Assembly (NCBI GenBank): GCA_035275605.1 | Contig: DATEMM010000461.1 | Location: forward strand, 1-33,610 | Length of the DNA stretch: 33,610 bases | Source of the DNA: Pyrinomonadaceae bacterium | Lineage (GTDB): Bacteria > Acidobacteriota > Blastocatellia > Pyrinomonadales > Pyrinomonadaceae | Direction: 5' to 3' | In this document: one piece after another, positions 18,525 through 27,342 of the stretch | Position numbering within the stretch: the first letter of the stretch is position 1 | Layout of the letters: the number at the start of each line of letters is the position of its first letter | Position numbers and translations under genes: made by a program | The notes under the pieces: generated by a model | The model's input: only the letters and a program-made list of their open reading frames with translations | What the model was told of the DNA's origin: nothing | The model's database searches: none

Positions 18525-19732
18525 TGAAGACTCTCTACATCTGCTATTTCGGACTGCGCGAGCCACTGGTGCAGACGCAGGTGCTTCCTTACCTGCGCGA
18601 GTTGAATAAAGGCGGGATCGAAGTTTACCTGCTCACTTTCGAGCCGAAGCAACCGAAAGGCTGGACGCCTGAAGAGATCGAAGAGTGGCGCGCGCGACTA
18701 CGCGACGAAGGGATACGCTGGTTCTCTCTCCCTTATCACAAGCGCCCGTCCGCGCCGGCCACACTCTACGACATTGCGGCCGGCGCGAGATTCGCGGCCA
18801 GGCTCGCGCGCCGCGAGCAAATTGATGTCCTGCACGCGAGGGCACACGTGCCGGTGGCGATGGCGATGCTGGCCCGTAGGCTGGGGGCGCGCTGCCGCCT
18901 CGTCTTCGACATCCGCGGGCTGATGGCCGAAGAGTATGCGGACGCCGGAATCTGGGCCGAGAATTCGCAGCCCTTTCGCGCCGTCAAGCGGGTCGAGAGC
19001 GCAGGGATTCGCAGCGCCGATCAACTGGTCGTGCTGACCCGCAAATTCCGCGACTGGCTCGTCGAGCAGAGACTCAAAGCGGCTGAACAGATCGAAGTGA
19101 TTCCCTGCTGCGTCGATTTCTCGCTCTTCGGAGAGACGAAGCCGGAAGGCGGGCCACCTCCCCACGCAGACCGTTTCGAGGTCATCTACGCAGGCTCCGT
19201 GACCGGACTCTATCTGCTTGAAGAGATGGCCCGCTTCTTCCTGGAAGTGCGGAAATGTCGCGCTGACGCGTACCTGCGTATTCTGACGACGTCTTCCCGC
19301 ACGGAAGCTGAGCGGTTGCTTGCGCGCGCCGGTTTAAGCGCGGAGGATTACGGGGTCGGGGCGGTCGGGCCCGCGGAGGTGCCGCATTATCTGGAGAGAG
19401 CGCGCCTCGGGCTCTCCTTTCGTAAACCCACCTTTTCACAGATCGCCGCCTCGCCGACCAAGATTCCCGAGTACCTGGCGGCGGGGCTACCCGTCGTGTG
19501 CAATGCCGGAATCGGAGACACGGACGAATTGCTGGCGGGGGAGAAGGTCGGCGTGGTGCTCAGCGCCTTCGACGATGAATCCTACCGCGAGGCCGCCCGC
19601 GCCGCGCTTCATCTGGCGGAGGATTTAAGGGTGCGCGACCGCTCAAGGCGCGTCGCGCGCGCCTCTTTTGATTTGGCCGAAGTCGGCGGAGTCGGGTATC
19701 GTAACGTTTACCGACGAATCGAGGAGGAGTAA
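18524..19732 (+). CDS. GT-B fold glycosyltransferase (GT4-like)
   Basis: MKTLYICYFGLREPLVQTQVLPYLRELNKGGIEVYLLTFEP N-terminus, and C-terminal ...ASPTKIPEYLAAGLPVVCNAGIGDTDELL. The ATG at 18524 shares its A with the upstream TGA (TGATG). Confidence 0.8.
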   Translation: MKTLYICYFGLREPLVQTQVLPYLRELNKGGIEVYLLTFEPKQPKGWTPEEIEEWRARLRDEGIRWFSLPYHKRPSAPATLYDIAAGARFAARLARREQIDVLHARAHVPVAMAMLARRLGARCRLVFDIRGLMAEEYADAGIWAENSQPFRAVKRVESAGIRSADQLVVLTRKFRDWLVEQRLKAAEQIEVIPCCVDFSLFGETKPEGGPPPHADRFEVIYAGSVTGLYLLEEMARFFLEVRKCRADAYLRILTTSSRTEAERLLARAGLSAEDYGVGAVGPAEVPHYLERARLGLSFRKPTFSQIAASPTKIPEYLAAGLPVVCNAGIGDTDELLAGEKVGVVLSAFDDESYREAARAALHLAEDLRVRDRSRRVARASFDLAEVGGVGYRNVYRRIEEE

Positions 19733-19795
19733 ACTCTGCTTTCCGTGTGACGCCTCAACAGAGCACGCGCGCGCCGCTCGTGCCGGAGTCGAGAG

Positions 19796-20134
19796 ATGAC
19801 AGCAGCCATCATCTTCATGATCTGCATGCTCCTGCCCGCCATCTGGTGGATTTGGAGGATCGGCCGCGACCTCAAGGTGGAGACCAGGGTTGCCAAGGTC
19901 AAACAGAGAGCCGCTCTGAGGCAGACCGGCATGGCGAACCTGACTCCGCACCAGGCCGCGAGTCGCCTGCGCGCGATTGCCCGCAGGGCGGACCCTTGGA
20001 AGAGCATGACCCCGATGCTCGTCAGCGACGCCTTCAAAAAATTCTACAGCGACCGCCCGGAGGCTAACTTTGACGCCTCACTGGTCAGCGCCGCCTTCGA
20101 ACAATTCACAGAGGAGATGAAAGCGAGGCACTGA
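19796..20134 (+). CDS. Small hypothetical protein with an N-terminal transmembrane helix
   Basis: 112 aa, MTAAIIFMICMLLPAIWWIWRIGRDL... then a charged soluble tail. Third codon positions are strongly G/C-biased in this frame, as in neighbouring genes. I recognise no family. Confidence 0.5.
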   Translation: MTAAIIFMICMLLPAIWWIWRIGRDLKVETRVAKVKQRAALRQTGMANLTPHQAASRLRAIARRADPWKSMTPMLVSDAFKKFYSDRPEANFDASLVSAAFEQFTEEMKARH

Positions 20135-20230
20135 AACTGAAGCGGCGCGAAGGGATGCTGAGGACCGGCGCGCGCGCTCTCCCTCGATTTGCTCGTCATT
20201 TGACCGCCGCACGCAGATGATTGTTACGGA

Positions 20231-21367
20231 ATGAAAGTTCTGGCCCTGGCTTCATACCCGGTCGAGGCCGCCGCGACCCGCTACCGCCTACAACAGTTCG
20301 TCGTCCCGCTGGCCGAGCGCGGAATCACTCTCGACGTGCGCCCGTTTCTGGACTCGCGCCTCTTCTCGTCTCTCTACCGGCGCGAGCAGTTGCCGCGCAC
20401 GGCCCTCGGGGTCGCAGCCTCTACCCTGCGCCGCTTCACGGATGTCGTCCACGCGCGGCAGGCGGACGTCGTCCTAGTCCAGCGCGAGGCCATGATGTTC
20501 GGGCCGCCCGTCATCGAGTGGCTGGCGAGCAGAGTAGGCAAGCGCCCGCTGGTTCTCGACTTGGACGATGCCACTTACGTCTCATATACTAGCCCAACGT
20601 ATGGACGACTGGGGAGTTCCTTGAAATGGTTCAGTAAGACTGATGACCTGATTCGCTGGGCCAGGGTTGTGACCTGCGGGAATCGCTTCATCGCCGAGTA
20701 CGTCAAGGGCAAAGGGGCCGAGGCGCGCATCATCCCGACCGTGGTGGATACGGAGCTCTTCCGGCCCGCGCTCCGCGCGACGGAGCGCGAGCCCCCGGTG
20801 CTCGGCTGGATTGGCACACATTCGACTTTTCAATACCTGGAGTCGGTTTTCCCTGCCTTGCAGGAGTTGGCGCGCTCAATCCGCTTCCGGCTCAAGGTGG
20901 TCGGCACCGGGCGACAACAGATTGAGTTGCCAGGGGTCGAGGTCGAGAGCCTGGACTGGAGCCTGGAGCGGGAGATAGAGGATTTTCAGTCCTTCGACAT
21001 CGGGCTCTACCCGATAGTCGCGGACGAGTGGGCAATCGGCAAATCCGGCTTCAAGGCCATCCAGTACATGGCCGTCGGCATTCCCTACGTGGTCTCACCC
21101 GTCGGAACCTGCGCCGAGATAGGCGAGGAAGGGCGCACGCACTTCGCTGCCAGGACGCAGGCCGAGTGGGTCGAGGCGCTCCAGCGTCTGCTGGCGGACA
21201 GAGAATTGAGAGAGCGGATGGGGGCGGCCGGACGCCGCCATGCAGAGGAGCACTACACCGTCCCGGTTCAGGCTGACAAGCTGGCCAGGGCGCTGCGAGA
21301 GGCCGCGGCGGGCGGGTCCGAACCGGCTGGGAGGCGTGAGCTGGATGGGGATAGAGGAGCGACATGA
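20231..21367 (+). CDS. GT-B fold glycosyltransferase (GT1/GT4-like)
   Basis: MKVLALASYPVEAAATRYRLQQF..., LGWIGTHSTFQYLE, and GKSGFKAIQYMAVGIPYVVSPVGTCAEIGEEG. 378 aa. Confidence 0.8.
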   Translation: MKVLALASYPVEAAATRYRLQQFVVPLAERGITLDVRPFLDSRLFSSLYRREQLPRTALGVAASTLRRFTDVVHARQADVVLVQREAMMFGPPVIEWLASRVGKRPLVLDLDDATYVSYTSPTYGRLGSSLKWFSKTDDLIRWARVVTCGNRFIAEYVKGKGAEARIIPTVVDTELFRPALRATEREPPVLGWIGTHSTFQYLESVFPALQELARSIRFRLKVVGTGRQQIELPGVEVESLDWSLEREIEDFQSFDIGLYPIVADEWAIGKSGFKAIQYMAVGIPYVVSPVGTCAEIGEEGRTHFAARTQAEWVEALQRLLADRELRERMGAAGRRHAEEHYTVPVQADKLARALREAAAGGSEPAGRRELDGDRGAT

Positions 21368-21446
21368 CGAGTTGCAGTCACTCGCAGCGTCCGCGCGCCC
21401 GGCTTACGTCGTCACGGAGCCGTCGGAGCGCGCACCGTCGCACCGG

Positions 21447-22163
21447 ATGAGCAAGCTGCGGCTGATAGATTTGGCGCTCATCGCCCTGCTCCCGTCCTTT
21501 CTCAAGCGCGCCTGCTATCGCCTCTTCTACCGCTACAAGATCGGCAAGGGCGTGCGCATCGGGCTGAGCATCATTGACGCGCGCGAGTGCGTCATCGAGG
21601 ACGACGTTCGGATAGGCCACCTGAACTTCTTCGTCGGCGTCGGGAAGCTGAGCATAGGGGATCACGCGCGCATCGGGCACCTGAACATTTTTCGCGGCGG
21701 CGATGAGATACGCCTCGGGCGCTACGTCGAGATTATACGGATGAACCAGATCAACTCGATTCCGGAGCCGGAGGTGGTCAACCCGGTCGAGCCGCGCTTT
21801 CTGCTCGGCGACGGGAGCGTGATTACGACCGGGCACAAGATAGATTTTACGGACAAGGTCGAGATCGGGCGGCGCACTATCTTAGGCGGGCGCAACTCCT
21901 CTTTGTGGACGCACAACCGGCAGCGGACGCTTCCCATCAGGATCGGGTCAATGGCCTACATCGGCTCTGAGATTCGCATCGCCCCCGGCGGCGCGATTCC
22001 TTCGCGCTCGATTGTCGGCATCGGGGCCGTGATTACTAAACCGCTGACCGAGGAGCTGCACTTAATCGGCGGCGTCCCGGCCAAACCGATTAAGCCGCTC
22101 AGCCAGGAGGACCGTTTCCTGATCGAGCACAGAACCCGGCCCGACCTGCCGGACGACATTTGA
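21447..22163 (+). CDS. Hexapeptide-repeat (LbH) acyltransferase, probable sugar O-acetyltransferase
   Basis: IGKGVRIGLSIIDARECVIEDDVRIGHLNFFVGVGKLSIGDHARIGHLNIFRGGDEIRLGRYVEI... and IGSEIRIAPGGAIPSRSIVGIGAVITKPL..LIGGVPAKPI. The start is uncertain. ATG 21447 (MSKLRLIDLALIALL) gives a typical size, ATG 21345 is possible, and track start 21240 overlaps the previous gene by 128 nt. Confidence 0.75.
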   Translation: MSKLRLIDLALIALLPSFLKRACYRLFYRYKIGKGVRIGLSIIDARECVIEDDVRIGHLNFFVGVGKLSIGDHARIGHLNIFRGGDEIRLGRYVEIIRMNQINSIPEPEVVNPVEPRFLLGDGSVITTGHKIDFTDKVEIGRRTILGGRNSSLWTHNRQRTLPIRIGSMAYIGSEIRIAPGGAIPSRSIVGIGAVITKPLTEELHLIGGVPAKPIKPLSQEDRFLIEHRTRPDLPDDI

Positions 22164-22167
22164 AAAG

Positions 22168-22270
22168 CAGGAGCCAGGAGCCAGGAGTCAGAAGTCAGAA
22201 TAAAAGGCGGAGAACCACTTTCACAGACTTTCTTTTATTCTGGCTCCTGAATTCTGACTTCTGAATTCTG
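22168..22270. repeat. Heptamer-repeat hairpin element E4 (CAGGAGC/CAGAAGT family)
   Basis: Left arm: CAGGAGC(22168) CAGGAGC(22175) CAGGAGT(22182) CAGAAGT(22189) CAGAATA(22196). Spacer: AAAGGCGGAGAACCACTTTCACAGACTTTCTTTT. Right arm: ATTCTGG(22237) CTCCTGA(22244) ATTCTGA(22251) CTTCTGA(22258) ATTCTG(22265). It begins 4 nt after the upstream stop (22161-22163) and ends 9 nt before ATG 22280. Confidence 0.9.
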
Positions 22271-22279
22271 CCGTTAAGT

Positions 22280-23659
22280 ATGAATGCTCTGTTAACAATT
22301 CTGGCGCTGACCTTGGGCGCGGCGGTCTTGCAGCTCTCGCCCGACGTCCCGTTCGGCGCATCGGCCCTCATCCTCTGCGGGGTGCTGGCGGGCGCGGCCG
22401 GGCTGATCGTTTCCCAGGTCAAAACGGATAAGACCTTTCTGGTGCGTATCTTCGTCGGCGGGCTGCTGGTCAGGATGTTCATCGGGCTCCTCATCTTCCA
22501 CTTTTCGTTGCAGGATTTTTTCGGCGGCGACGCCCTGACCTACGATGCTCTCGGCCTGGCCAAGCTACAAGCCTGGAACGGTGACAGGTACGCCCAGTCA
22601 TTCGTGGCCCTGTTCGGCGGCGAGGACGGGGGCGGCGGCGGCTGGGGAATGCTCTACCTGGTGGCATCCGTTTACGGAATGATTGGCCGCAACATGCTGG
22701 CGATTCAGTTTGTCAACGCGGTCGTCGGCGCAGCCACAGCGCCCGTCATCTTCCTCTGTGCCAGGCACATCTTCAGGAATCTGCGCGTCGCGCGCATCGC
22801 AGCAATTTTCGTGGCCTTCTATCCCTCGCTCGTGCTCTGGTCTTCGCAGGGTCTGAAGGATGGGCCGATTGTTTTTCTGCTCGCCGTCTCGATGCTGGCG
22901 ACGCTCAGGCTCGGAGAGCAGTTCAACGTCAAGTACCTGGCCATTCTTTCGTGCTCGCTGTTCGCGCTGCTCAGCCTGCGGTTTTACATCTTCTACATCG
23001 CGCTGGCGGCCATCGTGACCGCCTTCATCATCGGCATGCGCGCAGTGACGGCGCAGAGCCTCCTGCGCCAGGTCATCATCATCGTCACACTGGTGCTGGC
23101 GTTGACCTCGCTCGGGGTGACGCGGTTCGCTGGCTCGCAGCTTGGCCAGTACGCAGACCTCAGCCGCATCCAGCGCAGCCGCGCCGACGCTTCTACTTCG
23201 GCGCAATCCGGTTTCGCCAAAGACATAGACGTCTCGACAGCTTCCGGGGCGCTGACCGCCATCCCCATCGGGACAATCTATCTTCTTTTCGCGCCCTTCC
23301 CGTGGCAGTTGGCTTCGCTCAGGCAGAGCATCACGCTGCCGGAGATGCTCATCTGGTGGGCCTCTTTCCCGGCGATGGTGCTGGGCATCTGGTTCGCCAT
23401 CAAATATCGTTTCCGCCAGGTTCTGCCGATCCTGGTTTTCACCTTCATGCTGACCATCGCCTACTCACTCTTCCAGGGAAACGTCGGCACGGCTTATCGC
23501 CAGCGCGCGCAGTTGCTGGTCTTCTACTTTATCTTCGTCGCGGTCGGCTTCGTCCTGCTCAAAGAGAGAAGAGACATCAAGCGGCTACAGCAGCAGCGGC
23601 TGGCGGCCCGCCAGAGTAATGTTAGAGCGACCGCGCGCCCTTCATCATCGAATATCTAA
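22280..23659 (+). CDS. Polytopic inner-membrane protein; candidate Wzy-type polymerase or GT-C fold glycosyltransferase
   Basis: 459 aa with about 10 or more hydrophobic segments. An acidic loop, FGGDALTYDALGLAK, follows the early TM helices, and a large hydrophilic loop (...SRIQRSRADASTSAQSGFAKDIDVS...) lies late in the protein. The functional call rests on topology and context only. Confidence 0.55.
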   Translation: MNALLTILALTLGAAVLQLSPDVPFGASALILCGVLAGAAGLIVSQVKTDKTFLVRIFVGGLLVRMFIGLLIFHFSLQDFFGGDALTYDALGLAKLQAWNGDRYAQSFVALFGGEDGGGGGWGMLYLVASVYGMIGRNMLAIQFVNAVVGAATAPVIFLCARHIFRNLRVARIAAIFVAFYPSLVLWSSQGLKDGPIVFLLAVSMLATLRLGEQFNVKYLAILSCSLFALLSLRFYIFYIALAAIVTAFIIGMRAVTAQSLLRQVIIIVTLVLALTSLGVTRFAGSQLGQYADLSRIQRSRADASTSAQSGFAKDIDVSTASGALTAIPIGTIYLLFAPFPWQLASLRQSITLPEMLIWWASFPAMVLGIWFAIKYRFRQVLPILVFTFMLTIAYSLFQGNVGTAYRQRAQLLVFYFIFVAVGFVLLKERRDIKRLQQQRLAARQSNVRATARPSSSNI

Positions 23660-23660
23660 C

Positions 23661-25544
23661 GTGTGTGGAATCGTAGGAATTGTTCGCCCCAGTGAGTCGG
23701 CCCCGGTCGATCGGGCTTTGCTCACGCGCATGTGCGAGAGTATCCGGCACCGCGGGCCGGACGAGGACGGCTTCTATTTTAACGGCCCAGTGGGGCTCGC
23801 CATGCGCCGTCTCTCGATCATCGACCTGGCTGGCGGGCAGCAGCCGATTCACAATCAGGACCGCTCGGCCTGGATCGTCTTCAACGGCGAAATCTACAAC
23901 TACCCGGAGCTGCGCGCGAAGCTCGAAAAGCTGGGCCATCGCTTTTACACCAACTCCGACACGGAGGCGATCGTTCACGCCTACGACGAGTACGGGGCGG
24001 ACTGTCCGAAGCACTTGCGCGGGATGTTCGCCTTCGCCATCTGGGACGAAAAGCGTGAGGAGCTTTTCCTGGCCCGCGACCGCGTCGGCAAGAAGCCGCT
24101 TCTTTACGCAGAGGTGAATGGGCAACTCATCTTCGGCTCCGAATTCAGCGCCCTTCTCCTGCACCCGGACGTCAGCCGCGAGGTCGAGCCCGAAGCTATT
24201 CACTACTACCTCTCCTACGCCTGTGTGCCAGCGCCCTTGACGGCCTACCGCGCCATCAGAAAGCTGGAGCCCGGCCACACGTTGCGCTGGCGCGCCGGTG
24301 AAATCAAGTTGGAGCGCTACTGGCAACCGGACTTCAATAAGAAGATCAAGATCAGCGAGGAGGAGGCGGGCGAGCGCGCCGTGGCCGAGCTGCGCGAGGC
24401 CGTGCGCGTGCGCCTCATGTCGGAAGTCCCTTTGGGCGCTTTCCTCTCCGGCGGCATAGACTCTTCGGCGGTCGTCGCCCTGATGAGCGAGGAGATGTCG
24501 GAGCCAGTCAAGACCTTCTCCATCGGCTTTGAGGAGCAGGATTTCAGCGAGCTGCATCACGCGCGCCGCGTCGCCGAACACGTCGGCGCGGACCACCACG
24601 AATTCGTCGTCCGGCCGGACGCGATGGAAGTCCTGCCCACGCTCGTCGAACATTACGGCGAGCCATACGCTGACTCTTCCGCCATTCCGACTTACTACGT
24701 CGCCAGGGAGACGCGCAGGCACGTAACCGTGGCGCTCAACGGCGACGGCGGCGACGAGTGCTTCGCGGGTTACGAGCGCTATGCCGCGATGCAACTGGCG
24801 GAGAAGTATCACCGCTTGCCCGGCATCCTGCGCCGGGGCCTGGTCGAGCAGGCGGTCGAGCTGCTGCCAGGCTCCGAGAAGGAGCGCAATCGGCTGGCGC
24901 GCGTCAAGCGATTCATTCGCGCGGCATCCCTGCCGAAGGCCGAGCGTTACCTGCGCTGGGTGAGCGTCTTTTACGGCGACGCGAAGCGCGAGCTTTACTC
25001 GGAGAGTTTTCGCCGCGAGACGGAAGAGCTGAGGGCTGCAAGCTTTCTCGAAACCTGGTTCGCCAAGGCCAACGGCGCGGGCGTGGTCGATGCCACGCTC
25101 CTGACGGACACGATGACCTACCTGCCCAACGATCTGCTGGTCAAGGTGGACATCGCCAGCATGGCAGTCTCGCTGGAGGCGCGCTCGCCCTTCCTGGATC
25201 ATCACGTGATAGAGTTCGCGGCGAGCCTGCCCGAAAAGTACAAGCTGCGCGGGCTGACGACCAAGTACATCTTAAAGCGCGTGCTCAAACAGCTCCTGCC
25301 CGCCGAAAATTTAGAGCGCCCGAAGATGGGTTTCGGCGTTCCCATCGGCCACTGGTTCCGCAACGAGATGCAGGGCTTCCTGCGCGAGGTGCTGCTCTCG
25401 GAGCGAGCCACTGCGCGCGGGCTCTTCAACCCGCAGGTTGTACGCCATATGGTCGAGCAGCACACGGGCGGCCAGCAGGATTTCGCGTACCACCTCTGGA
25501 CGCTCCTGATGCTCGAACTCTGGTTCCAGAGGTTTATTGACTGA
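23661..25544 (+). CDS. Glutamine-hydrolysing asparagine synthase family amidotransferase (AsnB-like, polysaccharide-locus type)
   Basis: (M)CGIVGIVRP..., then GPDEDGFY, RRLSIIDL..GGQQP, and the PP-loop FLSGGIDSSAVVALM. I start it at GTG 23661, directly after the upstream TAA (23657-23659). This makes the nucleophilic Cys residue 2, as Ntn amidotransferases require. Track start 23619 adds 14 residues that would block it. Confidence 0.88.
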   Translation: MCGIVGIVRPSESAPVDRALLTRMCESIRHRGPDEDGFYFNGPVGLAMRRLSIIDLAGGQQPIHNQDRSAWIVFNGEIYNYPELRAKLEKLGHRFYTNSDTEAIVHAYDEYGADCPKHLRGMFAFAIWDEKREELFLARDRVGKKPLLYAEVNGQLIFGSEFSALLLHPDVSREVEPEAIHYYLSYACVPAPLTAYRAIRKLEPGHTLRWRAGEIKLERYWQPDFNKKIKISEEEAGERAVAELREAVRVRLMSEVPLGAFLSGGIDSSAVVALMSEEMSEPVKTFSIGFEEQDFSELHHARRVAEHVGADHHEFVVRPDAMEVLPTLVEHYGEPYADSSAIPTYYVARETRRHVTVALNGDGGDECFAGYERYAAMQLAEKYHRLPGILRRGLVEQAVELLPGSEKERNRLARVKRFIRAASLPKAERYLRWVSVFYGDAKRELYSESFRRETEELRAASFLETWFAKANGAGVVDATLLTDTMTYLPNDLLVKVDIASMAVSLEARSPFLDHHVIEFAASLPEKYKLRGLTTKYILKRVLKQLLPAENLERPKMGFGVPIGHWFRNEMQGFLREVLLSERATARGLFNPQVVRHMVEQHTGGQQDFAYHLWTLLMLELWFQRFID

Positions 25545-25628
25545 AGGCGCGGCCGTCAAAATAGTTTCTCGGGAATCTTCTTACTGCACCGGACGAAGGG
25601 CTGTCGGACAACTCGGCGAATCAATCAT

Positions 25629-26558
25629 ATGAGCTCTAACGGAAAGGCACTCGCAACGAACAAGCGCTCCTGCCCGGCCTGCGGGCGCTCTCAGGGGAAA
25701 GCGCGCGGGTCGAAATACGGGTTCGACTTGCTGACCTGTAACAATTGCGGGACGCTCTACACGCCTTTCATGCCGGAGGCGACGGGCGCGGAAGTCTATG
25801 ACAACTGGTATGACCCGGAGAGCTCGACCGTCTCTATGCCGGCCTTCATCCACAGCCGGTTGGACGAGATAGTGGGCAGTTTCTCTCCTTACCGGAAAAC
25901 GAACCTGTTGCTGGACGTGGGCTGCGGGGCGGGCGCGCTCTTGCAGGCGGCTGCGCGCGCCGGTTGGGACGCCGAAGGGCAGGAAATCTCACGCACAGGG
26001 TGCGAGTACATCAGGGGCTTGGGAATCCGCGCCTATCACGGGGACCTGCTCGAAGCGAAATACCCGTCAGACCGCTTCGACGTGGTCACGGCCAGCGAAG
26101 TGCTGGAGCACCTTCCGGACCCGGAGTTGTACGTCCGGGAGATTTTTCGCATCCTGCGACCGGGCGGTCTGTTCTGGGGAACCACCCCGCACGGCCGCGG
26201 GCTCTCCGCCAGCTTGCTTGGAATAGACTGGAGCGTGGTCGGCCCGCCAGACCATCTTCAGCTCTTCTCCACGAAGGGCATCAAAATCCTGTTCGCCAAG
26301 TCGGGCTTTCGCCGCACGCGCGTCTTAACGCAGGGGATGAACCCTTATGAAATCTTAGAGGCGTGGCGGAAACGGCGCGCGGCCAACAACGCGCCCGCCG
26401 ATGCCGAACCGGCGCAGCCGAATTTCATCAACGAGAGATATAATCTCAACGAGAGTTTTACCAAGAGCCCTTTGCGGAGGACGGTCAAAACGGCCGTCAA
26501 CAAGATGCTGAGCGTGAGCCGCCAGGGGGACACCCTGAAAATCTGGGCCGAAAAATGA
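25629..26558 (+). CDS. Class I SAM-dependent methyltransferase with N-terminal zinc ribbon
   Basis: N-terminal CPACGRS...LLTCNNCGTLY (CxxC...CxxC), LLDVGCGAGALLQAAARAG (motif I), and RFDVVTASEVLEHLPDPELYVREIFRILRPGGLF. Confidence 0.8.
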   Translation: MSSNGKALATNKRSCPACGRSQGKARGSKYGFDLLTCNNCGTLYTPFMPEATGAEVYDNWYDPESSTVSMPAFIHSRLDEIVGSFSPYRKTNLLLDVGCGAGALLQAAARAGWDAEGQEISRTGCEYIRGLGIRAYHGDLLEAKYPSDRFDVVTASEVLEHLPDPELYVREIFRILRPGGLFWGTTPHGRGLSASLLGIDWSVVGPPDHLQLFSTKGIKILFAKSGFRRTRVLTQGMNPYEILEAWRKRRAANNAPADAEPAQPNFINERYNLNESFTKSPLRRTVKTAVNKMLSVSRQGDTLKIWAEK

Positions 26559-26577
26559 GCGACGGAGGGACCTGTAA

Positions 26578-27342
26578 GTGAAAGGTATCGTACTGGCCGG
26601 GGGCCTGGGGACGAGACTCAGGCCGCTGACGATTGTGACGAACAAGCACCTGCTGCCCGTCTACAACCAGCCGATGATCTACTACCCGATTCAGACGCTG
26701 GTCAACGCGGGCATCACCGACATCATGATCGTCACAGGGGGAAACTCCGCCGGCGACTTTCTGAAACTGCTCGGCAACGGCAAGGCGTTCGGCCTCAAGC
26801 ACCTCAACTACACCTACCAGGAGGGCGAGGGCGGCATCGCCGACGCGCTCTCTCTGGTCGAGCATTTCGCAGCGGGCGAGCCCGTCTGCGTCGTGCTCGG
26901 CGACAACATCATCCAGGGCAACATCCAGCGGGCCGTGCGGGCCTATCGCCACCAGGGCGGCGGCGCGAAAATTCTTTTGAAGAAGGTGCCGGACCCGCAG
27001 CGCTTCGGCGTGCCGGAACTGGACGGCCGCCGCGTCGTGCGAATCGAGGAGAAGCCGACCGAGCCCAAGTCCGACTACGCGGTCATAGGCATCTACCTCT
27101 ACGACGCGGAGGTCTTCGACATCATCCGCACGCTCCAGCCTTCGGGGCGCAATGAGCTGGAGATTACGGACGTCAACAACGCTTACATCGAGCGCGACGA
27201 GATGACCTGGGACGAGCTGGAGGGTTGGTGGAGTGACGCAGGGACTTTCGAGAGCCTCCAGCACGCCTCGAACCTGGTGGCCGAAACCGGCGCGAACAAC
27301 ATGGAGATGCAACATGCAATCGAAGTCGGCGCCGTCCGCTAG
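26578..27342 (+). CDS. rfbA: Glucose-1-phosphate thymidylyltransferase-like sugar nucleotidyltransferase (short form)
   Basis: GTG start giving (M)KGIVLAGGLGTRLRPLTIVTNKHLLPVYNQPMIYYPIQTLVNAGITDIMIVTG, and ...YQEGEGGIADAL..VLGDNI... 254 aa. Specificity for dTTP and Glc-1-P is inferred from the adjacent rfbC-like gene and the rfbB/rfbD pair in the locus. Confidence 0.8.
   Translation: MKGIVLAGGLGTRLRPLTIVTNKHLLPVYNQPMIYYPIQTLVNAGITDIMIVTGGNSAGDFLKLLGNGKAFGLKHLNYTYQEGEGGIADALSLVEHFAAGEPVCVVLGDNIIQGNIQRAVRAYRHQGGGAKILLKKVPDPQRFGVPELDGRRVVRIEEKPTEPKSDYAVIGIYLYDAEVFDIIRTLQPSGRNELEITDVNNAYIERDEMTWDELEGWWSDAGTFESLQHASNLVAETGANNMEMQHAIEVGAVR

Noticed and set aside
19747-20067. Alternative 106 aa ORF overlapping the small membrane protein gene
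   Set aside because: The frame lacks the G/C-rich third positions seen in the 19796..20134 frame, and its product is Arg/Pro/Gly/Asp-rich with no hydrophobic or structured segment.
23622-25205. 527 aa minus-strand ORF, the longest unexplained ORF in the track
   Set aside because: It lies entirely antisense to the AsnB-like gene, which has unambiguous motifs (CGIVGI, SGGIDSS). Its product is low-complexity and Arg/Ala/Leu/Gly-rich with no motif. I treat it as a shadow ORF, not an overlapping gene.
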